From NCBI GenBank assembly GCA_003971905.1, contig RSEE01000085.1:248001-305902 (forward strand): a DNA stretch of 57,902 bases, read 5' to 3'. Shown here one piece after another: positions 1 to 13,251 of this stretch. A program made the position numbers and the translations under genes. The stretch comes from Moniliella sp. 'wahieum' (Eukaryota). The notes under the pieces are model-generated. The model was not told the DNA's origin, ran no database searches, and saw only the letters and a program-made list of their open reading frames with translations. Each line of letters starts with the position of its first letter. The stretch's first letter is position 1.

Positions 1-243
1 CCAGTGGGTTGAAGGTATGAAGGAACCATCTCTTCCTCCTCATCGGAATCGTCTAGGTCCCTCCGCCTTTTCCCAAGCGAAGTGTGGCGGGTTCGGAAAC
101 CAGAGCAGGGGCCGGGACGGGGGGCAGAGGACAATAGCTTCGTCTTCGTCATTCCTCGATCGTCTCAACTACGGCGGCACGATCCAATCCTGTTGGGTAG
201 CAAAACCTGCGTTCGCGGGCTTGGAGCGCTGCGCCGCCTTGGG

Positions 244-1800
244 CTACACTTCCCGGCCCGTGTTGCCCTCGTCGGCGGCTTGAGCACCTTGCAGCGCCTC
301 GTCCGGATTGTCCAGCCCGGCAAAGAGCGCATCTAGATCAAACTCCTTATCCAATGTGGTCTTGATTTCGCTTGTGGCGTTAATTGCAGCCCGAGCGGCT
401 TCAGCGTCGGTCTGCTGCGAAACCGAAGACGTAGGTGCCTTGGTGGTCGCATTGGGGTCAACGAGGGCGGGAACGATGAACGAGCGGAGGTGCAGTGCAG
501 TACTTGATTTTGCCCACATTCCAATCATGCAGAACCGAGCGGGCTGAACCCTCGAGATCCGGTGCGCCGGTAGCAGATTGTAGCCGTCCTCGGCGCAGGG
601 CGAGGCGGAGGAGGAAGCGTTGTGCCATAAGTAGGGTAGGGGAGGGAATCGGTTGTGTCACATCCACTTCGTCTCCTTCTTGACCAAGGGAAGAGGAAGG
701 CGGGAGGTCGTACACTTCTTCCAATTGGGAAATGGGGACACGGGAAAGGATGGCTCGGACGGGAGTGATAGGGTCTTCCAGTAATTCGACCTTAACCACG
801 TTTCGGAGGGCAGCAGCCATCGTGTCAAACTCAGTCATCCCCTTCCCGGCCGAGGGAGGCTCATGAAATGACACGCCGGGGCAATCGATCAGCCGGATCT
901 TTTTGTCGAGCGCGACAGATTGGAGCACCTTGGTGTGACCCGGGGTAGAGGCCACACCACATACCCGGGCCCGCTTGAGCGAATTGATCAGGGAAGACTT
1001 GCCCACATTGGGCGCTCCAAAGATCCCGACCGTCAAGGATGTCTTGACTGAAAAGTTACGCGAATAGTTCTTCATTAGCTGCAACAGCGCGGTGGCTCCC
1101 AAAGCCTCGTTGCCTGTGTGCAATGCGCCGGCCCCCGCGGAGGGCACCTTCCCAGCCCCCTGGGCTAGATGAGAGCGCTGCTGCTGCGTCGAGGCCTTGA
1201 ATGCCAAGGTGGTAAAGTCATGGCGTAAAAATTTGAGCCACCGCTCCACGTTTTCTCGCGGCACCAAATCAACCTTGTTGAGAATGAGAATCACCCTTTT
1301 TCCCTGTCCCAAGGCCAGGGTCTCGGTGGTCAAGGACCTACAGGCCATCGGGTCCCGCGCATCCAACACCTCCAATAACACATCCGAAGATGCAATCAGT
1401 TCCTTCAACTGACCCGAGTAGGCACGCAGAGAACTGTCCTTGCCCCCCGTCAATGCTCGGTCCGCCGAAAGGGAGGCATACGTCTCCCCCTCTGCGTCGG
1501 GGCGGAGGGTAAATTGAAAGTCGGATTGGGGCACTTGGGCAACAGTAGCCGTTTCCGACGCAAGGGACCCACCTTCACCAGCTTCGTCCATCTCTACCTC
1601 GCCTCCCCGGACCTCGTCCCGCTCTCGTGCGGCGGCGGCGGCGGCAGCGTACTTGCGATGCTTAAAAAGGCAGGCAGGCCTTCCTTTCCTCCACCGCCAT
1701 TGGGGCCGGAAGTAGGAAGCGCGCCTTTCCTTTGGGCACCGTTGCGCTTGTCCTGTCTCCCTTGCTGCTTGCGGCGGCTGGCAGCGGTACGTTGCCCCAT
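244..1800 (-). CDS. NUG1: Nucleolar circularly permuted GTPase (Nug1/GNL3/nucleostemin family), 60S biogenesis; frameshifted in the assembly, 3' end uncertain
   Basis: ORF 458..1942 contains SDVLLEVLDARDP, G4 LNKVDL, G1 GAPNVGKSSLINSL, G2 TPGHT and G3 DCPG in the YlqF/RbgA permuted order, plus the LHDWNVGKIKY motif. Likely ATG at 1800 (MGQRTAASRRK). The C-terminus continues in ORF 244..528 after an indel. Confidence 0.9.
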
Positions 1801-1852
1801 GGTTGCGGTCGTCGACGATGGAGGCGCTTGAGTTGATGGGGCGTAGAACCCA

Positions 1853-1862
1853 GAAAAATTTT
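1853..1862. promoter_or_regulatory. RRPE-like motif (GAAAAATTTT) in the 240-bp divergent NUG1/RAD10 intergenic region
   Basis: Matches the ascomycete RRPE consensus ~55 bp upstream of a ribosome-biogenesis gene. Function in this lineage is not established. Confidence 0.3.
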
Positions 1863-2040
1863 GGTGGCGCCGCAATGGAGGAATTGCATATCAAAAAGAA
1901 ATAAAAAATTAAATCACTGGCAGGTTGCACCGACGTCATCAATCAACCAAGTCACCTCGATAATTGCCCAGGGCCATTGTGGCCATTGTGCGTAGTCGGT
2001 TGGTTGCTGGGGCTGCAGTCGGGTCTGTACCACCACCGCC

Positions 2041-3533
2041 ATGAGTGCCGCTCCTACTGCTGGTTCTGGCGAGGGATCTTCCTCTCACCAACCTGCTCCA
2101 CCTGGTAACAGGCCGCGGCCTAGGCCTAGGCCCAGGCCTATCATCCGTGGCTTAGGTGGAGGCAACACCATCCTGGTCAATAAGTCCCAGCGCAAGAACC
2201 CGCTTTTATCGTCAATCAAGGGAGTTGGCTGGGAAATGGCAGAGATTGTGCCTGATTTTCAGATGGGGACGACAGCGATCCTCTTTCTCAGGTTTGTTCT
2301 CATGTTCTGATGTATTCATTTGCTTTATCTGACACGATCCAGCCTCATGTACCATCGGGCCAAGCCGTACTACATTCAGGAACGGATCCAGAAACTAGGT
2401 CGATCCTTTGAGCTGCGAGTGTTGCTGGTGATGAATGATGTGCACGACTCGATGACGGATGTGCGCGAGCTTTCGCGCATGGCACTGCTCAATGATTTGG
2501 TCATCGTCATGGCTTGGAACAACGAAGAGGCTGCGAATTACATTGAGATGTACAAGCTTTTTGAGAAGAAACCTCCTGATGCAATCCGAGGTCGCCCCAG
2601 GGCCGAGTACGGCCAACAGATGGAATCCCTCCTCACCGCGGTGGACCGGGTGAACAAGACAGATGTCGTTACGCTCACTTCCAATTTGGGTTCTCTCGAC
2701 TCGATTGTGCGCACCTCGGCGGATCAGTTGTCCTGCCTCACTGGTTTTGGCCCAGCCAAAGTTCGTAACATCCGAGAAGCGTTTCACCAACCCTTCCGCG
2801 TGGGAGAGACACGAACCATGCGCCAACGCAAGGCTCAGGAAGCTATGCACAATACTGAAAGGGAAGCATCGGCTGGGCCAAGGAGGGACCCTTCTCCTGA
2901 AGAAGAAGCCCTCCTTCCTCCAGGCGATCCGGATCTTATGCCCCCTCCACCCCCTGTTGAGGAACGGACTGAAACCCCAGTACCAGATCATCCTGCTCTA
3001 CGTGCCGTCATGGCCTTGCGTCGGGAGGGCAAGAGACCTCTCGCTCCCAAACGTACGTTTGGCCCGACCAACACAGAAGAACGGGAACCAAACGGCAACG
3101 GTCGGAAGAAGAGACGAGCGACACTCTTCGGCCTGTACCGCCTGTGCCACAGCAGGCTACAGAGGCGAAGGAGGCAGAGGAAGATTTGGACTTCGAATTG
3201 CGGGACCTGGAAGACTTGGACGAAGCGGCTCAGTTGGCGTTGGCACTTCAGCTCTCTGGTACACAGGGGAAAGGTTCCACAGACCCTCCAACTCCAGCTC
3301 CTCCTGCTTCTGCTCCAGCTCCAGCTCCAGCTCCAGCTCCAGCTCCAGCTCCAGCTCCTGCTCCTGCTCCTCCTACTTCGTCTGCGCCTGCAGCTGAGGA
3401 ACAGAACCCACCGGAGCCCGAGTTTGGTCCCGAGGCAGACGTGGACCTGGATCTAGAGGACTTGGACGACCTGACGGAAGAAGAGCAATTGGCGCTGGCT
3501 TTGCAGATGAGCCAACGGGGGTTTAAGATCTGA
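2041..3533 (+). CDS. RAD10: Rad10/ERCC1/Swi10 DNA-repair endonuclease subunit with an extended C-terminus carrying two UIM-like motifs
   Basis: ILVNKSQRKNPLL...W...IVPDF...AILFLS|LMYH after removing intron 2292..2342 (GTTTGT...CTGAC...AG); LRVLLV, MAWNNEEAANYIEMYK and HhH motifs VNKTD and GFGPAK. One indel near 3070-3080 joins it to ORF 3144..3533. Confidence 0.92.
3295..3368 (+). repeat. Coding hexanucleotide microsatellite (GCTCCA/GCTCCT)n encoding a Pro-Ala linker
   Basis: Tandem ccagct units read directly; translates as PAPAPA... between the two UIM-like motifs. Confidence 0.9.
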
Positions 3534-4899
3534 CGTTTGGGTTTCGGTGGAATCGAAACTTGATGTGATGACAAGATAGCAGCGTGTGTTGTGTGGCTGA
3601 CGAGAGAAGAGGGATAGAAGTGTTGCATATACTTCCCAGTCAACACAGCTCTCGTTTCAAGGGTTGAGCACAGTGGAAAGGCCTAACTGGAGAGTCTCAT
3701 TGTGGAGATGGACCATCTTGAACGTTGAAAACTCGCATGCGTGTCATGCTCATTCATCTCCACTCGCTCTACATCCGATTTGGAACTAAGAGATTGCCGC
3801 GAGAGAGAAGGTCCGGACCTGTTGACGAGACTCCACACTGCTGGCCTCCTGACTGGGTTAGACGTACGCTAGCATGAGGAAGCACAGCATACCCCGAGTG
3901 GACAAAGTGCGGGGAAAAGAGAATTCGGAGGGGTGCGAGGGGCTAAATCCAAATCTCTGGCAGAACCTGCATAGAGGGATCGAGGCCATAAGGAAAGCAT
4001 GAAGTGGGTCGTCCATGCAAAGTCCCTCCCCACAAAAGCTGCGAAAGTTGTCTGTGAAATCGATACCCGGGTTGGACGCAGGCAGCCCACAAGGCTCCGG
4101 GAGCTCTGGCACCTATTACCATCTGGATCGAAGTGTGCTCTCGATCTCATCAATGGTGACGCTGATGGACACGAATGTCTTGTTTTTGTACGCTTCAAGA
4201 GCAGCTTGAAGGCTGCGCTGAGTAGAATGTTCAACTAAACGTCCAGCTCAGCTGTGGTCCCTGTGACAGGCATTATAGACAGCCGACTGCTCGGCGAAGG
4301 AGCAGGACGGCCGCCTACTGCGCCCGTGGTGCTGAGAGAGGCGTGGTGTGGGGGCAGTGTGCCGTGCCGATTGAATATTGAAAGCCCGAGGGTTGAAATG
4401 TCCAGGATGTCCGCAGGCACAGACGCCAGCCAGGCCAGCCGGGATGCATGCAGCTGCATTTGTGCGCAGCCGCGGCGCGCAGCCGCCCCGTCGCAGACCC
4501 TGGCCGGCCGCCGACAGGCAGGCGTGGCGCCAGTGTACCCGCATGCCGGAGCCGGAGCGCCCCGCACTGGCCCAGCCTAGCACAGGCGCCGCAGATGCAC
4601 ACTGGCGCCACGCCTGCCCGCCATCCGCGCGCAGAGCGGCGCCAGGGCAGGGCGCGGCAGCACATGCAGCACAGCCGATCATCGTCACCCTTCCCCTTCA
4701 CGCCAAGCCTCACCGGTCAGCGTCGCTCGGAGGCTTGGGCCACTACTCCTTCGCTCAGCTGCTCCTCAGGGCAAGCGTTCAAGCTTCAAGGGAAGCTTCA
4801 AGCTTCAATTGAACGCTGACGCGCTCGCGGCAGGCGTGCTCGCCGGCCCACCCACCACCATCCCCCCTCCCACCACCACCCCCACCCCTCCCGCTCGCC

Positions 4900-6696
4900 A
4901 TGTCACTGTACGACGCACAGTCCCACTCATTCCGTCGTCTCTCGCCGCTCGGCGGCCACCTCACGCAACGCGTCGCTCATCAAGAAGAACACCGCCCCAA
5001 CGAGCTGCGGCCAAGCGACCTGCTCATCGAGCGCTTCACTGGTACGTCACCCCCACCACACCCTAACCCTTGTTTGTCCCCCTCTCTCTGCTAACTTTTT
5101 TCTTTCAGGATGGAAGCACATTACCAAACAGCTCATTGCCTACTTTGAGGGCATCGCTGACATTGAGTACAACACTGCCCGCGAGCTGACCAGGCTCGGA
5201 GGTGTGATTCAAGTCCCTTTCCGCGAGGGGAACCAGTTCCTCGGTGAGGATGGAATCCAGGACGTCTACTATTCCATCCGCGACAAGACGCGTGTCATCG
5301 CAGACCACCACGCCAATCTGGCAAGACTGTCGAGGGCTCCATTGTCCAGCACCTCGAGAAGCCCGCACCGAGATCAAGGCCCACATTCGCAACGTCCAGC
5401 TCGACACGGGCAAACTCGCCAGCAGTGTGGCCAAGGAGCGTGAAACTGTCGACCAAGATGGTCACTGATCTGGCCAAGTCGATTACCCTCCTCAAGAACG
5501 CCCCCATGAGTGTACAGCGCGTGAGGACCCTTGGGCCCAGAACTCCCTCGTCTATCGTCAGTTGCACAAGCAGGTCAACGAGGAGAATGCTCTGCAAAAG
5601 TCCATCATCATCATGCAGCAAAACTCAGCACACTTTGAAGAAGGAATCGTTCGTTCCATTCAGTCTGCCTGGCAAAACGTTTGACGAGTGGTCGGGCCGC
5701 ATGTCGGCTCAGGTGCAGGACACGTGGCTCTCCCTTGGAGTACAGATGCGCAGCCTCCAACCCAATGCCGAGTGGATTGCGTTTGCTGCTCGTTCAGACC
5801 ATCTGCTAGACCCGGACACTCCACTGCGCAACCCCGAAACGATCGACTATCCGGGCAAGGACGACCCGTCGGTCATCCCTGTCCACCATGGTATTTTGGA
5901 ACGGAAGAGTCGTCTGACCAAGTCGTACCGTGAGGGGTTCTATGTTCTTACTCCTGCCGGCTACTTGCATGAACACGCCTCTTCGGATCCGCATCGCCAT
6001 CCCAAGCCCTCCCTTTCCCTCTTCCTCCCTGTATGCACACTCGGAGCGCCGTCCACCATGGCCTCGCGTAGCCACAAGTTCCGCATCACCGCGGCCAAAT
6101 CCGACAGCCCCTTGGCTAGTCTGCGCGGTGAACAGGCTTATGTCTTCCGCGCCCGCAGTCATACCGAGATGATGGAGTGGTGGAACGACATTAAGCAGCT
6201 CTCCAAGGTCTACCTCACACGTCGGAGCAAATGGACCGCTCGGGCCCGGTGCCGGCCGCGGTCCGTGCTGGGGGTACCGCTCCGAGTCGGAGGAGGAGTA
6301 TGAAGATGATGATTACGAAGAAGAGAAGAAGAAGAGGAAGAGGAGGAGGAAGATGGGGAAGAGGCGTAACTATGGTCAAGATGGGTCTGAGGAGAGGAAG
6401 AAGTGGAATACGAGACCGAATCCGAGGATGAGGGCGTTCACCCCAACATAGTCCCTGCCCATGATCACATTGCCGAGGAGTCGGAACCTGAAGAGGAGGA
6501 GGATCCTCAGCACATGCAGGATTACACCCACCACCCGCAAGAGGAGGAACAAGTGCCGGGCTACACGGGGCATCCAGGCCAGGCGGGGGTGGTCATTGGC
6601 CCCAACGGGTATGCGCTCGAGAAGAAGGCACCACAGCCCATTGCCGCCAGCCCTGTTCGGGGGCAGAGTAGCGCAGATGCGGCACGGGGGGGCTAA
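4900..6696 (+). CDS. SLM1: Slm1/Slm2-like BAR-PH domain phosphoinositide-binding protein (frameshifted)
   Basis: RPSDLLIERFT|GWKHITKQLIAYFEGIADIE across intron 5042..5108 (GTACGT...CTAAC...CAG); PH domain GILERKSRLTKSYREGFYVLTPAGYLHE...YVFRARSHTEMMEWW; acidic tail. Confidence 0.8.
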
Positions 6697-7363
6697 ATCT
6701 GCGGTGCGCTGTACAACATCTCAGAACGCTCTCTGGTTGCGCCACAGCTGTGCCGTCAGCTTTTTCATTTAATACCCTCCACACATATAACCACCAGCCT
6801 CGTATTGGTACCAACTCTCTTTTCCCCCGTCTCATCAACTGTGGCACACCACCTTCATTTGATCTTCCTTCTCTACCTGTGCCATGTTGCCTCTCGCCAA
6901 AAAATGTTTACATGCTTCGTTTCGAGAGAGCAGCCCCCCTATCTTCCACATCCGAATACATCAAGGCTCAGCTTGGCCTCCTGTCAAGTGTACTCATAGA
7001 GGGGACGTAGACCTTTTCAGGGCAACGAGCAGACGTCCAAGGACAAGTTATTGCATGAAGTTGTCAAGTTATAGATATGCTGTGTGGGCCTTGACAAGGT
7101 CAGGCTTGTGTGCTGCTCTAGTACTTGCCACGGTATGTGGTCGAGAAACTCCATTTCATCCAACTACACCCCTTGCGGGGGAATGAGCCTCATTGATGCA
7201 ATTTATGCCTCGTTGCGCCCCCTCGGCGGAATAATTTAATGCTTGGCCGATACTCATTCCGACGGCCTGATTTTTTGTTTTCTCTGCAAACTCGCTCACC
7301 TACACTCCACCCATCCACTTAGTTTGCAGCCCCCCAGTCCTTTTTGCCCAACGAGTACGGATC

Positions 7364-8753
7364 ATGGGTCGCAAGTCTGCACCTGCCACACGCGCCGCCG
7401 CGCCCAGCAAGAAGGCTGTGCCTGCCAAGCCTGCCAAGAAGGCTGTCAAAGTGTCCAAGAACCCCGAGCCGGAGCAAGATGTCGATTCTGCCGATTCGGA
7501 GGAGGAGGAGGAGGACGACGACAACGATGACTCGGAGGAGGAGATTAATGAGGAGGAGATGCAAAACCTCATGGCTGCACTGAAGAGGCAAGGTGTCGAA
7601 CTCCCTACGGGTGAGGATGAGGATGATGAGGATGATGGGGAGGAGGAGGAGGGTGATTCAGAGGAGGAAGAGGAGGAGGAGGAAGACATGGAGAAGCCCA
7701 TGTCTAAGCCCACCCTGGCTGAGAGCATTCTCCGCAGCGGTCTCGTTCCAACCGAGTCTGGGGAAGATGACGAGGAGGAGGACGAGGAGGAAGACGAGGA
7801 GGAAGATGAGGACGTGGAACTGGACCACATCAAGGGGAAGTATCTCCTGCTGTCTTGGCTACCAAGCACAACCGAGTACGGATCAACAATGTGGTTGCGC
7901 TCAAGGCTTTGACTGAGGCCATTTCGCTCAATGCGTGGCCAAGGGCCCCCCCTTGGCCTGGACCGAGACGATGGATGTGTCTTGGCCAGAGAACGTAGCG
8001 GAAGAAGTTGGTAGCCCTCGAGGATGACTTGAAGCGGGAACTTGTGTTCTACCGACAAGCCCTTGCCGGTGCTGAGGAAGGTCGTCGTCGCCTAGCCAGG
8101 CTGGGGTGCCTCATTCGTCCTAAAGATTATTTGCCGAGATGGTCAAGTCGGATGAGCACATGGAGCGGGTCCGCCAGCGCATGCTGGATGAGCGTGCCGG
8201 AATCAAAGCGTCGGAAGAGGCCAAGCGTCAACGTGAGCTCAAGAAGTTCGGCAAGAAGGTCCAGGTGGAGAAGCAGTTGGAACGTCAAAAGCAAAACGAG
8301 AGTTTGCCGACAAGGTCAAGGATCTGAAGCGCAGTATGTAGACCCGTCCCTTCCCCCTCACACAACCGGCGTCATCTCTGTAAGGATCGCTGTGCTGACT
8401 GACCTTTTCCTGCCTTGTCCAGAGCATTCGGGCGGTGGTGACGATGGGTTTGATATCCAGTTGGCTGATGTCATGGAGGGCGAAGCGCCCCCCGCGGCGT
8501 GCGCGGCGGTTCGGCTGGGCGCGGGCGTGGTGGGGGCAAGCATATGCCCCGCTCGGCGCGCGATGCCAAGTACGGCTACGGGGGCAAGAAGAAGCACTCA
8601 AGGCCAACACGCGCGAGTCGACGGAGAACTTTTCGTTTGGGGGCGGTGCGGGGGGCCGGCCAAGAAGCGCCGCATCTCGGGCACGGCGGGCGTGCGTGCT
8701 CCCTCGAGCAAGAAGAACCGGCCGGGAAGAACGCCCGCGCGGGAAGGAGGTAA
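7364..8753 (+). CDS. EBP2: rRNA-processing protein Ebp2 (frameshifted)
   Basis: Acidic N-terminus; DDLKRELVFYRQAL, RPKDY(F)AEMVKSDEHMERVR, RQRELKKFGKKVQ; intron 8334..8422 (GTATGT...CTGAC...CAG); C-terminal RDAKYGYGGKK and RPGKNAR motifs. Confidence 0.92.
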
Positions 8754-9016
8754 GCGAGAGTGCCTTCTGCTTCATCGGCTGCTCGATCCTCATCGACATC
8801 TCCTGAATATAAGCTCCAAGCTTCAACTTGCCTCCGTAGATCTAATAGATGGCCATATAGACGCCCGCCGGTCACCCACCGATCATCGTTCTTTGATTGG
8901 CAGAGAATGGATGTTGAACATTTGAACCCGAGAGCCGTCCCCCACCTCGGCCGACACATGCATGCATCACCATTGCTCAAAGGGCCTGTGCTTCTTGCCT
9001 CGCCACCACCACCACC

Positions 9017-12000
9017 ATGCCGCCGAAGCGAGGGCAGAACGCATCCGACGACCAGCCGTCCGAGGTGGAGCAAAACGATGCGCGCGGATATGCGTTGTGG
9101 GTGCGATCCCTGCAGGCCAAGCTCTTGTCCGCGCGCGCTGAGATGCAATCGAGTAACGCCGAGGCGGTGCTCGAGGCAGAAGCAAGCGCCCAGGCGGCTA
9201 GCACCGAGCTGGCCCAGGCTTTTGCTCAGATGGAGCAGCACGTTGCGCTGCGTCCGGCACAGTGGGCACTCTACTCGACCTACTCCCTTTCACGGGTGGC
9301 TCACGAGCAGCGTACGGCCTCATTGACCGTCATCCCCGCCGCGCAACTGGAGGCGGTGCTCCAGATCCACGACCGCGCCACGCAGGCCGGCTCTGGTATG
9401 GACGCTGCGGCCCACGCGCGTTTTGCCTCTCTTCTTCTTCATTGGCACAGTACTTACTCTGGTACCGATGTCTGGGGACTTTTCAACGGTACCACCGGGC
9501 TCGGGGCAGACGAGGCGATGCACGAATCGGTGCCTGCGCCGATCAACGAGGGTGTGCCGACAGTGGATGTGCTTCAAGAGCAGACAGGGCTTGTGGGTGG
9601 GGCTGTACTTCAATCTACCAAGTCAGGTGCCTGGACGTATGTCGCGCCCTCTTTGCCTGCCGTTCCCAGCCTGATCGAGGTGGCAACCAAGCGCGCAAGA
9701 GCAAGGGTCGGACGATATTCTCGTCGAGTATGAGTCCCTTCTTGGGGAGCCGGCGGTGCGGGAACGTCTCTGGACCGCATATTCTCGAATCGCGCATGAT
9801 GCAGTCAACAGTCAAGCCATCTTTCTCATGTACTCTCTTCGAGATGGCTTATTTCCGTATCCGCGGGGACACCGAGCAGCGGGACCGTGTCCTGCGCGCG
9901 TTCAAAGCACGGGCCGCCGTGGCTCATGAACAACGCCCCCTCACCATGTCCATGATGAGCGAATTTGTTACCACCTTCTTTGACTCGGAAAAATACGAGT
10001 CTCTCATGGCTGCTGCTGCTACGGCGGGTGCCGCCGCGGTAGAGCATGCCAACCGAGTCCGGGCCCAAGAAGAATCACTCCGAGGAATCTTTGCCACTAC
10101 CTCTGATCCTAGGGGAACTCAAGGAGTATCCTACGAGGAGCTTACCCAATTGACGAAATACCTTGTTACGGTTACGGACCGATCCAATCCTGTGATCGAG
10201 CAAGCCGTCGTACTTTACCGTCGGGTGCTAGCTCTTGTGGGCTTGCCACCGACCTTGACCCGAGCAGAGCAGGCACCACCTACCCCCGAGTACGAGCAAG
10301 GACGTCAGGCCAAGAACCCTGAGGTCAAGGCGGCCGCAGCGACTGAGTTGGACTCGGCGTTTGCCACTGCCGAGGGGATGTGGGAGGATTATCTTTCTTT
10401 CCACGCTATCCACGGCCAGGATGCATCCCCAGCGGAGGAATTGGATATCTACACCGAAGCTCTACGCGCGATGCCGGGGAGTGGGACTTTGTGGGCGTTC
10501 TTGCTGCGGACCCAAACGCGTCTGTGGCAGCCTTTGAAGTGGTGGAAGCAACGTTCCAGACTGCTTTGGACCTACGACAAGTAGCCAAGCGGGGCCCGGC
10601 TCCTTTCGCTACCCTGCTTCTGGGTCGTTGTGTGGCCGAGAAGCAGCTGGCTTTGATTGATCTGGCTCAGACTCAGGGAGTGCCTATCACTGAAGTGAAG
10701 CTAGCTGAAGAGCTTGAAACATTCGTCCGTGTGGAGGAAGTAACCTCCCATGCGCTGGAGCTGGGCAAGGCTCGCCTTCTCCCCAAGGGCAAGGCGGGGG
10801 GCAAAGCGGGTACAGATCCGGAGCTGCGGTTAGAGCGATTTTACTCGAGTTGGTGTGAGCTCTTTGGCCCTGATACGGCTCTGATGGCCAACACTGTGTG
10901 GAAGGAGGTAGCAAATGCAGCGGACTCAGTGCCGGGCTCAGGTGACTGCTGCCGAGTACTTTACGCGTGTAGGAATGCTGGACGAGGCACGCCACATCTA
11001 CAAGCGAGGCTCGCGTATTGTCACCGAGGACCAGTCTCGTCTGCTCGACGCCTGGGTCGCCTTTGAGCAAGTTCATGGGACATTGTCGGATCTCGAGTAC
11101 GCCCTGGCACGGTCTAAACGCGAAACCCAAAAGGCATGGGAGCAGTACTATTCGTCATACCAAGCCCAGGCATATGAAGCAGCTGCCCCGGTTGCTACGG
11201 AGTCTACTGCTACCACTGTTCCCTCCACAGCCCAGACTGCGGCAGTTCCTCCGCCTAGCTTCGAGACCACCCCATCCTCGACTGCGTCCCATGTCCGTAC
11301 GGGCAGCAAACACAGTACAGACGAGGCTGCACTGGGCCTCGCTAGTACCGATCCAACAGCTGCACCGGGTCAGGCACCTCGTGGAGCTGAGGAGATGGCT
11401 CGGCCCAAGCCTAAGCCCAAAGTGGCGGACTTCACTCTAACCCCCGACCGGGAGAACACTTCTGTGGTCGTCTCGTCTAGCGTTGCAGAACCCCCCCCTC
11501 CGACAGACGAGCTACGAACATTGTTCAAAGGGTGTGGCACCATCAGTGATGTGGTGGGTCCGCGTGCTTTGGCTAGCGGAAACTGGGCAGGCACGGTCGT
11601 TTTCTGATCGAGGGGCGATCCCCACAGCCTTGACTCGAGACCAAAAACGGATCCCCGTGGCGGGTGGGACTACAGGTCCGGTCCATGTATCTGTCAGCAG
11701 GGATTGCACACTCTATGTGACCAACTTCCCAGATACCTACACTAACACGGACATCACGTCTCTCTTTTCCGAATTTGGGGATGTATTGGACACCCGTTGG
11801 CCCTCAAGACGCTTTGCCTCCTCACGCCGTTTCTGTTATGTGGAGATGGCTACAGCTCAAGGGCAAGCCGCTCGTTAAGCGCGAATGGGCGGCAGCTCTC
11901 AGAGCTCAACCGGTTGACGGTAGCTCTTTCGGACCCTGAGCGGCGCAAGGTGCGCTCGGATGCGAATGCCTCGGAACGGGAAGTGTATGTGGGGGTCTGC

Positions 12001-12732
12001 CGCACCATATGACAGTAGACGAGGTGAGGGAACTGTTTGCTGTGCATGGGGACCTCCTTGCCGTGCGAGTTCCCTCGGCTGGGATTGCTTTTGCCGACTT
12101 CCGGACCGCCTTGGACGCGCACAAGGCCTTAGCCCAGCTGAATGGGCTCGAAGTGCAGAGCCGAACCTTGAAGGCTACTATGGCCGACCCGGGAAAGAAG
12201 CACCAGCAAACGCCCGTGGAGGGCAGGGATTCCGTTCGCGCGCCGTTCACGTTGCCGGGTTGCCCAGCAATGCCCAAGAGGCGCTGGTCCAACAAACGTT
12301 CGAGCACCTCCTTGGACTGAATTCTGTCCGCAAGGTCGAGTATAGCCCTGGGTCGAACACAGCAGTTGTTGAACTGATCACAGCCCAGGCGGCTGGTCAG
12401 GCCCTGTTGGCCCCACAGGTGATGTACGACGATCAGCCTCTGATCCTCTCCTCCCTGGAGCAGGGTCGGCAAGGTGGAGGCAGATCCAGCGTGCGGGCCA
12501 CTGCATCTGGGTCACGCCCTCCTCCACCCACGTCGGCCACGGCATTTGCTCCCCGCACCACGCGACCTCGACCTCAGGCCCAGAACCCGCCGCGGACGCA
12601 GACGCTGCCTCCCCCTCCTCGGTTCCGGATCAGGGTGACTCGATGGACGTGGATGCTCCGCCCCCGCCCGCGTCAGTTGATGCTCCCCCTCGTAAATCCA
12701 ACCAGGACAAATTCCGTGCCTTGCTCGGGTGA
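9017..12732 (+). CDS. PRP24: U4/U6 snRNP recycling factor Prp24/SART3 (HAT repeats plus RRMs; frameshifted)
   Basis: HAT-like segments (ALRAMPGSGTLW; LLDAWVAFEQVHGT), RRMs (TLYVTNFP...RRFCYVEM; REVYVG...IAFADF; AVHVAGLP) and C-terminal Lsm-interaction motif KSNQDKFRALL before TGA at 12730-12732. Confidence 0.88.
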
Positions 12733-12840
12733 CCTGTGGCAGATGTGAGGTTTTGCATCGACCTAGCATGCTGGGTTCGCAATACAATTCGCCTGGCCTA
12801 GCTTCCAGGAATGACATATACATGCCACAGACGAGATAGA

Positions 12841-13080
12841 ACGGGAATGGGAATGGGAATGGAAATGGAAAGGGGGACGACAGAAATGAAGCCCGACATG
12901 GGCACAGAGGAGTCATGAGGTGATGCCAGCCCATGCGGGCGTTGAGGACAGTGGGGGAGTGCGGTTAAACGATGCAGGCCGACAGGAAAGAAAGAGATGG
13001 TGAGACAAGACGAGACAATACGAGACAGGATGAACAGAATAGGACAGAACAAAACAGGACAGGACAGGACAGGATGAAAC
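12841..13080. repeat. Low-complexity purine-rich microsatellites (GGGAAT)n and (GACAG)n between convergent genes
   Basis: Read directly at 12843-12870 and ~13005-13075. Confidence 0.7.
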
Positions 13081-13251
13081 AAACGACAGTGAGTGGTATG
13101 AGGAGACACTGTAGCCATGGCGGCTCTTGGCGAGCCTGGCATGCACATGTATGGTGTAGGATGTTCCGATACCCGGTGACAAGGGGGAGGAGGTGTGGTT
13201 GAATGAAGAAGGCGTCCAGTAGACTCATGAGACCCTCTCATGGCTGGGAAC

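Noticed and set aside
4235..4819. Cluster of overlapping 100-146 aa ORFs upstream of the SLM1-like gene
   Set aside because: GC-rich promoter-like DNA with no protein-like signal.
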